Assembly: GCA_963710605.1 (NCBI GenBank)
Contig: CAVQBA010000001.1
Span: forward strand, 64,001 to 128,000
Source of the DNA: an uncultured cyanobacterium
GTDB lineage: Bacteria; Cyanobacteriota; Cyanobacteriia; Cyanobacteriales; Cyanobacteriaceae
Direction of reading: 5' to 3'
Length of the DNA: 64,000 nt
The first letter of the stretch is position 1. Each line of letters starts with the position of its first letter. The notes beneath the pieces were generated by a model. The model made no database searches. It was not told where the DNA came from and saw nothing but the letters and a program-made list of their open reading frames with translations. Shown here one piece after another: positions 21,034-31,626 of this stretch. The translations under genes were made by a program, and so were the position numbers.

Positions 21034-23667
21034 TTATTTAGCACCTGCGGGCATACCTAAAATATCCTCAATTTTGGGCATATCTTCTAAGGCAATAACT
21101 CGCCCTTCATCTTCAAAATTGTCAATTTCGTTGAAGTTTAGGTAACGATATAAATCATCTTTAAAAGGATCTATTTTTTCATTGACGATCGTCATATACT
21201 CTTCTACAGTAGGTATTTTACCGAGTAACGCACAGACTGCCGCTAACTCAGCACTACCAAGATACACTCTTGCACCTTTACCCATACGGTTATTAAAGTT
21301 ACGGGTAGAAGTAGAGAATACAGTTGCCTCATCTTCCACACGAGCTTGGTTGCCCATACAAAGCGAACAACCAGGCATTTCCGTTCTTGCACCCGCCGCC
21401 GCAAAGATACCATACATACCTTCATTACGTAGCTGTTGCTCATCCATACGAGTTGGAGGACAAATCCACAAACGCCCTTTAACTGTACCTGCACCTTCAA
21501 GGATTTTCGCCGCCGCACGATAATGTCCGATATTAGTCATACACGAACCGATGAAGACTTCATCAACCACATCACCAGCACATTCACTCATCAGTTTAAT
21601 GTTATCAGGATCGTTTGGTGCGGCAACGATCGGCTCTTTAATCTCATCTAAGTTTACCACGATCGTATCGACATATTCGGCCTTTTCATCCGCAGACATC
21701 AACGAAGGATTAGCTAACCATTCTTCCATTTTTGCCATCCGACGTAACAAAGTACGAGCATCAGTATAACCTCTAGCAATCATATTTTTTAATAAGACTA
21801 CATTCGATCGAAGATATTCAGCTACAGTTTCTTCGCTTAGTTTTATTGTACTACCAGAGCAAGATCTTTCAGCCGTCGCATCAGTCAATTCAAAAGCCTG
21901 TTCAACTTTCAAATCTGGCAAACCTTCCATTTCCATGATACGTCCGTTGAAGACATTAATTTTATCACCTTTATTATAAGTTAGCTTACCTTCTTGCATC
22001 GCTACCCAAGGAATGGCATTGACAATATCTCGTAAAGTCACACCTGGTTGTAATTCACCAGTAAATTTGACTAACACCGATTCGGGCATATCCAATGGCA
22101 TCGCTCCAAGTGCCGCCGCAAAAGCTACTAAACCTGAACCTGCGGGGAAGGAAATACCGAGGGGGAAACGAGTATGAGAATCACCACCCGTACCGACTGT
22201 ATCGGGTAATAACATTCTATTTAACCAAGAGTGAATGATACCATCACCGGGACGTAAAGCAACACCACCACGATTAGCAAAGAAGTCAGGTAAGTTTTTG
22301 TGGGTATTGATATCAACAGGCTTAGGATAAGCGGCGGTATGACAAAAAGTTTGTAAAGTCAAATCGGCGTTGAAACCCAAACAAGCTAATTCTTTTAATT
22401 CATCACGAGTCATTGGTCCTGTGGTATCCTGAGAACCAACAGTCGTCATAATCGGTTCGCAAGAAGTGCCGGGTAAGATACCTTCAACACCACAAGCTTT
22501 GCCGACCATTTTTTGAGCGAGGGTAAATCCGACCTCACCCCCGTCCCCTCTCCTCGCAAGAGAGGGGGGTACTGGGCGGACAAATAGTTCGCTAGCAGGT
22601 AAACCTAATGCTTGACGAGTTTTATCGGTTAAAGCACGTCCGATTAATAAAGGTATTCTTCCTCCCGCTCTAACTTCATCTAAAATAGTTTCGGGTTTTA
22701 GATCGAAATTACAGATGGTTTCACCGCTTTCGCTTTCGATTTTTCCTTCGTAAGGATAGATGGTGATAACATCTCCTGTGTTCAAATTATTGACATCACA
22801 TTCGATCGGTAATGCACCAGAATCTTCAGCAGTATTAAAGAAAATCGGGGCTATTTTACCACCTAAAACGTATCCACCAGCTTTTTTATTAGGAACATAG
22901 GGAATCTCTTCTCCTAGATGCCATAAAACCGAGTTGATAGCAGATTTACGAGACGATCCAGTCCCTACAACATCGCCTACATAAGCTACGGGATGTCCTT
23001 TTTCTTTAAGTTTAGCAATTACATCTAAACCATCTGGCATTCTCGATTCTAACATCGCCAAGGCGTGTAAAGGAATATCAGGGCGAGTAGTAGCGTGAGG
23101 TGCAGGAGACAAGTCGTCGGTATTAGTTTCGCCTTCTACTTTAAAGATAGTAACGGTAATGCTTTTGGGTACTTTTGGTTTACCAATAAACCATGTCGCA
23201 TTTGTCCAAGCATCGATTACTTGTTTGGCATGAGGATTAGTGTCGGACAATTCGAGGACATCGTTAAAAGCATCAAAAACTAAGATAGTTTTACTTAAAG
23301 CGTTAGCGGCTTCGGATGCGATGTTACTATCTTTTGATTTAAGTAGTTTGACTAATGACTGGACATTATAACCACCCATCATTGTACCGAGTAAACTGAC
23401 TGCACCTTGAGAGGAAATTAAAGGTGATTTGATTTCACCATTAGCTACTGCGGTAAGAAACCCTGCTTTGACATAAGATGCTTCGTCAACTCCTGGGGGT
23501 ATTCTATCCCGAAGTAAATCCATCAATTCTTCTCTTAATTCTTGAGGCGGATTTTTAAGCATCTCGCATAGTTGCGATGTCTGCTCGGCGTTGAGAGGTA
23601 AAGGAGGAATACCTTGTTTTTTTCTTTCTTCTACGTGTTGATGGTATGTTTCTAACCAAGTTGCCAT
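21034..23667 (-). CDS. acnB: Aconitate hydratase B
   Basis: [51 protein letters not shown]. Confidence 0.97.
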   Translation of the reverse strand: MATWLETYHQHVEERKKQGIPPLPLNAEQTSQLCEMLKNPPQELREELMDLLRDRIPPGVDEASYVKAGFLTAVANGEIKSPLISSQGAVSLLGTMMGGYNVQSLVKLLKSKDSNIASEAANALSKTILVFDAFNDVLELSDTNPHAKQVIDAWTNATWFIGKPKVPKSITVTIFKVEGETNTDDLSPAPHATTRPDIPLHALAMLESRMPDGLDVIAKLKEKGHPVAYVGDVVGTGSSRKSAINSVLWHLGEEIPYVPNKKAGGYVLGGKIAPIFFNTAEDSGALPIECDVNNLNTGDVITIYPYEGKIESESGETICNFDLKPETILDEVRAGGRIPLLIGRALTDKTRQALGLPASELFVRPVPPSLARRGDGGEVGFTLAQKMVGKACGVEGILPGTSCEPIMTTVGSQDTTGPMTRDELKELACLGFNADLTLQTFCHTAAYPKPVDINTHKNLPDFFANRGGVALRPGDGIIHSWLNRMLLPDTVGTGGDSHTRFPLGISFPAGSGLVAFAAALGAMPLDMPESVLVKFTGELQPGVTLRDIVNAIPWVAMQEGKLTYNKGDKINVFNGRIMEMEGLPDLKVEQAFELTDATAERSCSGSTIKLSEETVAEYLRSNVVLLKNMIARGYTDARTLLRRMAKMEEWLANPSLMSADEKAEYVDTIVVNLDEIKEPIVAAPNDPDNIKLMSECAGDVVDEVFIGSCMTNIGHYRAAAKILEGAGTVKGRLWICPPTRMDEQQLRNEGMYGIFAAAGARTEMPGCSLCMGNQARVEDEATVFSTSTRNFNNRMGKGARVYLGSAELAAVCALLGKIPTVEEYMTIVNEKIDPFKDDLYRYLNFNEIDNFEDEGRVIALEDMPKIEDILGMPAGAK

Positions 23668-23796
23668 ATTATTCTATTTTTCTTCTTGACAATAATTTAC
23701 TATTTTAAGCATATCAAGGGAAAAGGGTTTGATTTTGTATAGTAACGATCGATTTTGATATATTATGAAACGAATAAGTATTTGTGCAAACTTTAA

Positions 23797-25020
23797 ATGA
23801 ATTCTCAAGAAAAAGATAAAGCTATCTGGCTTATTTTGAGAGCATTAGCGATACAATTTCTTCCTATTATATTTATTCAATATTTGAGTTCTCAATTTAA
23901 TCTAGTTTGGGAAAATTTATTACTGTATAATGTTATTTCTTGTTTGTTATGGGGATTATTACTTTATGGATATATCCCTTTTATCAAGGGCTGTCGCCAT
24001 TATATTAAAAGTAAAGGTTATTCTGCTCATTGGGGTTGGCTAGGATTATTGAGTATTTTTGGTCTTTTTCTTTTATCGTTAATTCCGCCTAAAGCTCCTA
24101 TTATTTTGTCTCCAGAAATCTCAGATAAAGAGTCAATAAATCAGCCTTTTAGCAATATTAATCTCTTAGAAATTTTGGTATTATATTTGTTGAATTCTTA
24201 TATTGTCATGGCGTATTTTGCTTACTTAATTATTTTTATTACCGATCGGCAGAACGAAATTGAGGACTTATTTCAAGTAATAGATACTCCCATAGAATAT
24301 ATTGTTGTTGGAATTATTATTTCTATTTTTTCGTCATTGTTGATTAGAGATTTGAAATTAGTCGGTTTTGCTATTAAAGACTTTATTCCTGATTTTCAGA
24401 TCAACTGGACAATAGTTATTAAATCAACTTTTCTTTACAGTATTTTTATTATTTCATTTGGGAGATTAGTCTATTATTGGCTTTCTTTTATTTTTCCTAA
24501 TTATATAGAAAATCTAATTAACTCTAACCGTCCTACCAATTTTAATGTATTGGTAGCAGAAATATTTTTCAGCATATTAATTCTTCCAATTTTTGATTTA
24601 ATTATTTGTCTTGTTCTACAAAAACAGGCTCTTAAATGGAATAATAAAATAAGTATATTATTTTTATCTATTGTATCCTCTTTAATGTCTTTTTCACCTT
24701 CTTTTTTTGGTTCTTTCTTACACGTAATTATCTGGGCGATATTATTTTATAAAACAGCAAGTTTACTTAATATATTCATTTTTCAAACCTTTATTAACTT
24801 GATATTTAATTTTATCTATATTATTACTTATAGAAATAATAATAACTTGTTTAATATTTCAATTATAGAGTATCAAGAAATACATCAACCATATTTAATT
24901 TTATACTCTATTTTAGCTATGATATCGATTACATTTATAATCAATTTTATTTATAAAAATTTCCCTAAAGAAAATGACTTAATTCCTTTATATAAAAATA
25001 GAAGCAAACTATTATCTTAA
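23797..25020 (+). CDS. Polytopic membrane protein, degenerate CPBP/CAAX-protease-like
   Basis: Many hydrophobic helices; ILPIF..LQKQALKW and ILFYKTASLL resemble CPBP layout without the catalytic residues. Confidence 0.5.
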   Translation: MNSQEKDKAIWLILRALAIQFLPIIFIQYLSSQFNLVWENLLLYNVISCLLWGLLLYGYIPFIKGCRHYIKSKGYSAHWGWLGLLSIFGLFLLSLIPPKAPIILSPEISDKESINQPFSNINLLEILVLYLLNSYIVMAYFAYLIIFITDRQNEIEDLFQVIDTPIEYIVVGIIISIFSSLLIRDLKLVGFAIKDFIPDFQINWTIVIKSTFLYSIFIISFGRLVYYWLSFIFPNYIENLINSNRPTNFNVLVAEIFFSILILPIFDLIICLVLQKQALKWNNKISILFLSIVSSLMSFSPSFFGSFLHVIIWAILFYKTASLLNIFIFQTFINLIFNFIYIITYRNNNNLFNISIIEYQEIHQPYLILYSILAMISITFIINFIYKNFPKENDLIPLYKNRSKLLS

Positions 25021-25025
25021 TTTTT

Positions 25026-25181
25026 TTAACCTTTTGCTACTTCTAACCATCCCTCGACAGCTTCTGTTACCATTTCCATCAAATGTTCATAACTTTCTCC
25101 CCATGTATGACAACCAGGTAAAGCAGGTACAGTAGCACACCAAATATCATCTTCTTGCCAAACAATAACTTTGATATTCAT
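25026..25181 (-). CDS. HicB family antitoxin, 51 aa, probably truncated (absent from the ORF track)
   Basis: MNIKVIVWQEDDIWCATVPALPGCHTWGESYEHLMEMVTEAVEGWLEVAKG. Confidence 0.75.
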   Translation of the reverse strand: MNIKVIVWQEDDIWCATVPALPGCHTWGESYEHLMEMVTEAVEGWLEVAKG

Positions 25182-25331
25182 TATATTTTTCGTTTCAAAA
25201 TTTATTTTTACGATAGCAGAAATTTAGCTTTTTATAGGAAATGCGATCGATCGTTTGTAGTTGTGGCTTTAGCCATAAAGATGAATGTTTTTTGATGGAG
25301 TTAGAAGTGCGATCGTATCTTAACAAATCCA

Positions 25332-25670
25332 CTATTTAGTACTAATAGACCGATCTAAAGTATCAACAATCCATTGATTCAAACTCTTCCCTGAAGTTGA
25401 TGCCCTAACAGCGATTTCGGCGTGTAAAGTCGGTGATATTCGCAGATTGAATTTTCCCGAATACTCTTTACGTGGTTCAACTCCATCTTCAATACACATA
25501 TCCAAAAATACTTTTAATGAAGTTGCACCTTCTTGACGTAACCCTTGAATATCTGTAGCGTAAAAATCCGCTCCACCGTTTAAATCAATAAATTCTCCAC
25601 GAAACATATCAATATCTGGATCGTATTGAATAATGGCTCTGTAGCCGTTAATTTCCATTATATTTATCAT
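25332..25670 (-). CDS. hicB: HicB antitoxin with RHH domain
   Basis: YSGKFNLRISPTLH...SLNQWI; ATGA overlap with hicA. Confidence 0.9.
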   Translation of the reverse strand: MINIMEINGYRAIIQYDPDIDMFRGEFIDLNGGADFYATDIQGLRQEGATSLKVFLDMCIEDGVEPRKEYSGKFNLRISPTLHAEIAVRASTSGKSLNQWIVDTLDRSISTK

Positions 25671-25924
25671 GGCTCTACCCCGTTTTCTTTTAACCATTTA
25701 CGAATACTTACTACCGCTCCTTTATCTGTTTTTGGGGAAGGATGTGGTCTATGAAAAACACGCCTTTGCCCAAACAATCGAACACCTATTCTAGAGCCTT
25801 CTCTTTCACTTAATTCACCATCAAGGGCGATAAACAAAGCTTCAATATCTTTCCAATCAATATTGGCACTAGTTGGTTGAGTAAAGATGAGTTCTAATGT
25901 TTTGCGATGCTTACGTTTTATCAC
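25667..25924 (-). CDS. hicA: HicA family toxin
   Basis: WKDIEALF...EGSRIGV...FHRPHP. Confidence 0.9.
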   Translation of the reverse strand: MIKRKHRKTLELIFTQPTSANIDWKDIEALFIALDGELSEREGSRIGVRLFGQRRVFHRPHPSPKTDKGAVVSIRKWLKENGVEP

Positions 25925-25929
25925 TATTA

Positions 25930-25950
25930 TAGTACCATTATTTAGTACTA
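25930..25950. promoter_or_regulatory. Putative HicB operator
   Basis: TAGTAC-N9-GTACTA inverted repeat just upstream of hicA. Confidence 0.45.
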
Positions 25951-26057
25951 ACAAAAGAAAATAATCGTTACAAAACTTCGTCTAGTAGATAAGTACGATA
26001 GATTTTTATCTAGATTGAAGGTGCGATTAGATTAAGTACAATTTCTTTGTTGCCACA

Positions 26058-26261
26058 TTATATTAAGTCAGAATCTTTTAAATTTGCTTGTTTCATCACG
26101 GTTTTTAGTAAACCTATTTTTAAATCTTGATTAGCATGAATAGGGATAGATATACTTTGATTCTCTTTTTGATAGCGATGATGACTACCTTTAACCCTAA
26201 CTAACCGCCATCCCTTTTTCTCCAATATTTTGCCTAATTTTTTCCCTGATATTGCTTTCAT
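26058..26261 (-). CDS. HicA family toxin
   Basis: GWRLVRVKGSHH...IPIH..DLKIGLL. Confidence 0.9.
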   Translation of the reverse strand: MKAISGKKLGKILEKKGWRLVRVKGSHHRYQKENQSISIPIHANQDLKIGLLKTVMKQANLKDSDLI

Positions 26262-26455
26262 ACAGTTAACTCAACCACTTTATCGGAAGGACTAAGATTT
26301 TCTGGTTCATCCTCCGCATATAAACTGATAACTTCTTTCAGGTTTTCTAAAACTTCATCAATAGTTTCACCTTGTGTATAACATCCCTGAAAAATTGGTA
26401 CTTCTGCCCAATATCCACCTTCTTCGGCTTCATGAATTATGGCTTTAACTTTCAT
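26258..26455 (-). CDS. HicB family antitoxin (short form)
   Basis: EEGGYWAEVP..GCYTQGET. Confidence 0.9.
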   Translation of the reverse strand: MKVKAIIHEAEEGGYWAEVPIFQGCYTQGETIDEVLENLKEVISLYAEDEPENLSPSDKVVELTV

Positions 26456-26611
26456 TTGATTTTATTTGAATCATTTATTATTTGCTAGAAACTTAAGTTC
26501 ATTATAATAAACACAGAGATCCTTTATCGGCTCTAGTTTTCAAACGGTGAAAGGTTTTTTTGTAGAGGTTAGAGATACGATCAGGCGAAGCCTGGCACTG
26601 CGTGATCGTTT

Positions 26612-26863
26612 TTATTTTAATAGTCTTTCATATTCTGCATGACTTCCTATCCATACCCAAATATAATCTTCTCCCTCCTTAAAAGCTAAAGCACGGTAAT
26701 TAATCCCAATTCTTGCTGACCAAAATTTCCCTACTTTTTTTAAAGATAAAGAAGGATGATTTGAGTTGTTTTTTAAGAGTTCAAAATTCTTTTTTGCTAA
26801 AATTTGAGTTGATTGAGGTAACTGGTTAAAACATTCCCAAAATCTCGCATTAGTTCGATGCAC
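26612..26863 (-). CDS. RelE/ParE superfamily toxin
   Basis: HPSLSLKKVG..WSARIGINYRAL...WIGSHAEYE. Confidence 0.82.
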   Translation of the reverse strand: MHRTNARFWECFNQLPQSTQILAKKNFELLKNNSNHPSLSLKKVGKFWSARIGINYRALAFKEGEDYIWVWIGSHAEYERLLK

Positions 26864-27064
26864 TTATAACTCCTGTAATTGATTTTTACTCTTTTCTAGT
26901 AAAGCTTCCTCAATTAAAAAATCAAGTTTTCCCGCATTAGAATCTTCCTCAATTTGCTTGTCCCATTTTTGCTCGTCTAACTCATTAATCCAATTTTTTA
27001 AATAGCTAAAGTCATTAGGCGTAAGAGTTTCTATTTCTGCCTGAATTAATTGTAATTTACTCAT
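26864..27064 (-). CDS. Putative antitoxin of the RelE/ParE-like toxin
   Basis: Acidic 66-aa protein (WDKQIEEDSNAGKLDFL) abutting the toxin gene. Confidence 0.7.
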   Translation of the reverse strand: MSKLQLIQAEIETLTPNDFSYLKNWINELDEQKWDKQIEEDSNAGKLDFLIEEALLEKSKNQLQEL

Positions 27065-27215
27065 ATTATCTATTTTTAAACATCATAGTTTTTGATATTT
27101 CGCTGTTATTCTAACATTTTAGTAAAGGTTGGAAGTACGATCGGGCGAAGCCCACCACTTCAATTATTTATAGATAAAATATTAGTAATCTTTTTTGATA
27201 GTTAGTGACAAATTC

Positions 27216-27437
27216 ATGAGACAAGTTTTATTTTATAGGGATGAAGACGACTATTGGATAGCAGAATGTCCAAGTTTAAAAGGTTGCGTTTCTCAAGGTG
27301 AGACAAAAGATATTGCCTTGGTAAATATTAAAGAAGCCATCAATGGTTACATAAAAGCTTTAGAAGAGGATAATATCCCTATTCCTGCCGAAAATTACGA
27401 CGAATTAGGGCGATCGACAAAACTAAACCAACTATAA
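27216..27437 (+). CDS. HicB family antitoxin (no adjacent cognate toxin)
   Basis: WIAECPSLKGCVSQGET. Confidence 0.85.
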   Translation: MRQVLFYRDEDDYWIAECPSLKGCVSQGETKDIALVNIKEAINGYIKALEEDNIPIPAENYDELGRSTKLNQL

Positions 27438-27482
27438 TTAACTCAAGATAAACTAAAAAATTTGAAGAGTAGAGCAGTAAAT

Positions 27483-27692
27483 ATGACAGAAATAGTATTT
27501 TTAGTAGAAGATGCACCCGAAGGTGGATATACAGCAAGGGCTTTAAGTGAGTCTATTTTTACCGAAGCAGATGACTTAGAATCTTTACGAGAAATGGTAA
27601 AAGATGCCGTTAATTGTCATTATGACGAGATCGAAAATCGTCCTAAAATTATTCGTTTACATATCGTCAGAGACGAGGTATTAGCAGTATGA
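27483..27692 (+). CDS. HicB-like antitoxin
   Basis: EGGYTARAL..SIFTEADD...VKDAVNCH; overlaps a hicA-like gene. Confidence 0.8.
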   Translation: MTEIVFLVEDAPEGGYTARALSESIFTEADDLESLREMVKDAVNCHYDEIENRPKIIRLHIVRDEVLAV

Positions 27693-27928
27693 AACTGCCT
27701 AGAGATTTATCCAGTGATGACTTAATTAAAAAACTATCTAAGTTAGGTTACGAAATTACTCGTCAAACAGGTAGCCATATAAGAGTAACTACTTCTGAAA
27801 ACGGTACACATCAAATAACTATTCCTGCCCATAATCCTATTAAAATAGGTACTTTAAATAATATTTTACGTGATGTTGCTCAACATTTAAATCTAAGTAA
27901 AAATGAACTATTGAAAAGATTATTTTGA
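27689..27928 (+). CDS. HicA family toxin
   Basis: GYEITRQTGSHI...ITIPAH..IKIGTL. Confidence 0.9.
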   Translation: MKLPRDLSSDDLIKKLSKLGYEITRQTGSHIRVTTSENGTHQITIPAHNPIKIGTLNNILRDVAQHLNLSKNELLKRLF

Positions 27929-27968
27929 AAATGCGATCGGGCAAAGCCTACCAATGCTTAATCGCTTC

Positions 27969-28277
27969 TCAGGCAAAATATTGCGATAATACCAACACTA
28001 AAGTAATTACTCCCAAAATAATCATTAATCCTGCGGGCATAAACTTACCTGTTTTTTTTAGTCGTACAGAAAAGACAATAATCAAAAGTAAAGTTATTGC
28101 ACCAGCCATCAAAAAAGCCCACTCTAATCCTTGAGTAATTAAATAACTAGAAATTAACATCAAAATTCCACTGATACTACCTGAGATTAAAGAAGGTGTA
28201 CTTTTAGCTTGAAGATAACCGATTACCCCGCCAATGATACAGATTACGCCATAGATTGAACTTGCAATGACTGCCAT
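27969..28277 (-). CDS. TMEM14 family small membrane protein
   Basis: GGVIGY..KSTPSLISG, KFMPAG. Confidence 0.85.
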   Translation of the reverse strand: MAVIASSIYGVICIIGGVIGYLQAKSTPSLISGSISGILMLISSYLITQGLEWAFLMAGAITLLLIIVFSVRLKKTGKFMPAGLMIILGVITLVLVLSQYFA

Positions 28278-28363
28278 AGTAATTTACTCGTGTTAAAGTG
28301 GTTGTTTATTTTATTGTTTCGCATCGTGTTATAAAAGTCATTAGTCTTATTATCGATCGATTT

Positions 28364-29266
28364 ATGGATTTAATTTTCAGTGAATACAAAGGAGAAATAG
28401 CGGCTTTAGTTGGGGCGGCGTTATGGGCAATTTCGGCAACTGTTTATAGTAAGGTTGGTGCAACTATTCCCCCTTTGTTTTTGAATTTAAGTAAAGGTTT
28501 AATTGCGATCGTTTTTATTTTACTTACTTTACTCATCACCAAACATCAATTTTCTGATCTTAACCTAATTTCGCTCGTTGGTTTAACTATTAGTGGCATT
28601 ATGGGCATCGGTGTAGGAGACACTGCTTATTTTCAAGCCTTAAACCATTTAGGAGCGAGAAAAACTCTCCTTTTAGAAACTTTAGCACCACCTCTAACTG
28701 CTATTTTAGCTTTTGTTTTCCTGCAAGAAAAACTCAACAGTATTATTTGGATTGCGATGATAATCACGATTATAGGTATTGCTTGGGTAATTAATGAAAG
28801 AAACCTCCAAGCCGATAGTAAAAATGAGAATCTGACTATTGGTATTCGTTGGGCATTAGTTGGTGTCGTTTCTCAAGCTATTGGTGCAGTGATTGCGAGG
28901 TATGCTTTATCGACAACCAATGTATCTCCCCTTGAAAGTGCTTTGATTCGTTTAATTGGTGGCACGATTATTATTATTATTTTACTGGCTGGGCAAAAAA
29001 AACCTTTATCTCCATTATTGAGTAATAATTGGTCAATAAAATTAGTTAGTACTTTAATTGCCACCGCTTTTGCTAGTACTTATTTGGGTATTTGGTTGCA
29101 ACAAACAGCATTCAAATTTGCTCCTGCTGGAATTGCTCAAACTCTTCTAGCGACTAGCCCTTTATTTGTCTTACCTTTGGTTGCCTTTTCGGGGGAAAAA
29201 ATTACTTATCGATCGATATTAGGTGCGATGATTGCTTTATTAGGTGTATTTTTATTGTTTAATTAG
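28364..29266 (+). CDS. DMT/EamA family transporter
   Basis: About 10 hydrophobic helices; GIGVGDTAYF. Confidence 0.85.
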   Translation: MDLIFSEYKGEIAALVGAALWAISATVYSKVGATIPPLFLNLSKGLIAIVFILLTLLITKHQFSDLNLISLVGLTISGIMGIGVGDTAYFQALNHLGARKTLLLETLAPPLTAILAFVFLQEKLNSIIWIAMIITIIGIAWVINERNLQADSKNENLTIGIRWALVGVVSQAIGAVIARYALSTTNVSPLESALIRLIGGTIIIIILLAGQKKPLSPLLSNNWSIKLVSTLIATAFASTYLGIWLQQTAFKFAPAGIAQTLLATSPLFVLPLVAFSGEKITYRSILGAMIALLGVFLLFN

Positions 29267-29318
29267 ACAATACAGTACCTCTGATGTGAATTTTGATTTC
29301 TTCTAAATAAACATGACT

Positions 29319-31410
29319 TTAATTAGCATCAACCAAATAAGCATTTTTTAAATTAGTACCTTTTAGATTAGCACCCGTTAAATTAGCATCAACCAAATAA
29401 GCATCGGTTAAATCAGCACCTGTCAAATTAGCATCAGTTAAATTAGTATTTTTTAAATCAGCACCTGTCAAATTAGCATCAGTTAAATCAGCACCTGTCA
29501 AATTAGCATCAGTTAAATTAAGAGCTTCTAAATTAACACCTTTTAAATTAGCATCAGTTAAATTAACACCTGTTAGATTAGCATCAACCAAATAAGCATT
29601 TTTTAAATAAGTATTAGTTAAATTAGCACCTTGTAAATTAGCACTACACAAATAAGCATTTTTTAAATAAGCATTAGTTAAATTAGCACCTTGTAAATAA
29701 GCACCGCTCAAATCAGTATCTTGTAAATAAGCACCGCTCAAATCAGTATCTTTTAAATTAGCATCTCTCAAATCAGCACCAGCTAGATTTTTTTTCGATT
29801 GATCGTTATTAACAATATCCCAAACCAATTGCCATTTTTTCTGTATTTTACTATTTTCATTTAACTTAGTATTCTTTAAACAAACACCTTCTAACTGTGC
29901 ATATGTTAAATCAGCATCCATTAAATCAGCATCTGTTAAATTAGCACCACTCAGATAAGCCCACTTTAAATTAGCACCCGTCAAATCAGTACCTGTCAAA
30001 TTAGCACCACTCAAATTAGCATTAGCTAAATTTCTGTTTAACTGATGATTATTAACAATATCCCAAACTAATTGCCACTTTTGGTCTATTTTAGTTTTTC
30101 TATCTAACTTCGTATTCCTTAAATCAGCACCTGTCAAATTAGCACCCGTCAAATCAGTACCTGTCAAGTCAGCACCATTTAAATTAGCCCCTGTTAAATT
30201 AGCACCTGTTAAATCAGCACCAGCTAAATTTCTGTTTAACTGATGATTATTAACAATATCCCAAACTAGTTGCCATTTCTGGTCTATTTTACTATTTTCA
30301 TTTAACTTAGTATTTTTGAGATTAGCACCTTCTAACTGTGCATCTGTTAAATCTGCGTCTGTCAAATCTGCATTTGTTAAGTTAGTATTTTTGAGATTAG
30401 CTCCTTTTAGATTAGTATTTGTTAAATTAGCATCCGTTAAATTATATTCTTCTAAATAAAAATCGCTTAAATCATTACCACTTAAATTAGTACCATCTAA
30501 TTCTGAAGTGTATAAATGTTTATCCATTAGATCGGTATTACTTAAATTAGCACCACTCAGATCAGCCCACTTTAAATTAGCACCGCTCAAATTAGCACCG
30601 CTCAAATTAGCATCCTCAAAACCAACCTCGACTAAATAAGCATTGGTTAAATCAGCACCGCTCAAATTAGCACCTCTTAAACTAATATTTCTTAAACTAA
30701 ATCCTTCTAGAGAGACTTTAACTTGAGGGTTATCTTTTCTCCATTGATTCCAAACATTACGGTTATTTTTTAAGATGAGTTCTAATATTTTTCTAGCTTG
30801 ACAACTGTTTAAGGCACGTAAAATAAATGAATTAGGAAGTAATACACGATCGCAATTTAGTAAATTAGTTAAAGTATCCGATGGTATTTCGTCTAAAAGG
30901 TTACTGTTAGCAAGTAAATATAAATCTAAAACACTGTTGTCTAAAAATTGATCTGGATAATAGTTTACCTAATATATTTAATAATTCCCAAGGAGTATTA
31001 GGATTAGAAACGATCGCTTTTAAGATGATTTCCTCATTCAAACCAGATCTTAACAAATAACAATAGGATTGAAATATTTGTGTTAAACGCTCAATTGATG
31101 TAGTTTCATCGTTTGCCTCTACCAGAAGATAATTCAATTCTGATGTACTCACAGGTGAGTCTTTATCAAGATAAATTTTAACCCCTAAATCTTGTAATTT
31201 TTTCAATTGGTAATGAAAATAAAATTTAGTTATCCAATGTAAAGGAGCGGAAATTTCAAATTTAACAGGTACAGATTCTAGTAAATCGCTAACTTTTTCA
31301 GATCTAAAACCAGTCCACTCTTTTACAGATTCAAAAGTAGGTATTTTCTGTTCGCCATAGCTAACTAAAGAAATAGGAATAGTTACCAGTAATTGATTTT
31401 CTAAACTCAT
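29319..31410 (-). pseudogene. Single LRV/HEAT-like plus pentapeptide-repeat gene split by a +1 frameshift near 30965
   Basis: Removing one base joins ...SNPNTPWELLNILG to YYPDQFLDNSVLDLYLL..., which reads open into the A(D/N)LxG pentapeptide repeats. Confidence 0.75.
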
Positions 31411-31626
31411 CTTTTTATAAATATCCTTTTTTATTTAACGTCTTGACTTTTATTATCTGCTTTTTTTCCTAATGGCTTATTCATCAATTAGACTGAAAAT
31501 TTTATGACTATTTATTATTTCTAAATGTGATAGTTTTACAAACGATCGTATTTAATTCAACCACTATTTAAATAAGATAACTAACAGCAAAATCTATCCA
31601 TCTCTAATAGCTACTGTAAGGTAAAA

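Noticed and set aside
21182-23283. Short ORFs overlapping acnB
   Set aside because: Antisense or alternate-frame shadows of a conserved gene; the same applies to those inside psbA, nos, urtE, tnpB and the aminotransferase.
27925-28134. 69-aa plus-strand ORF after hicA
   Set aside because: Starts in the HIP1/hairpin repeat and runs antisense to the TMEM14 gene.
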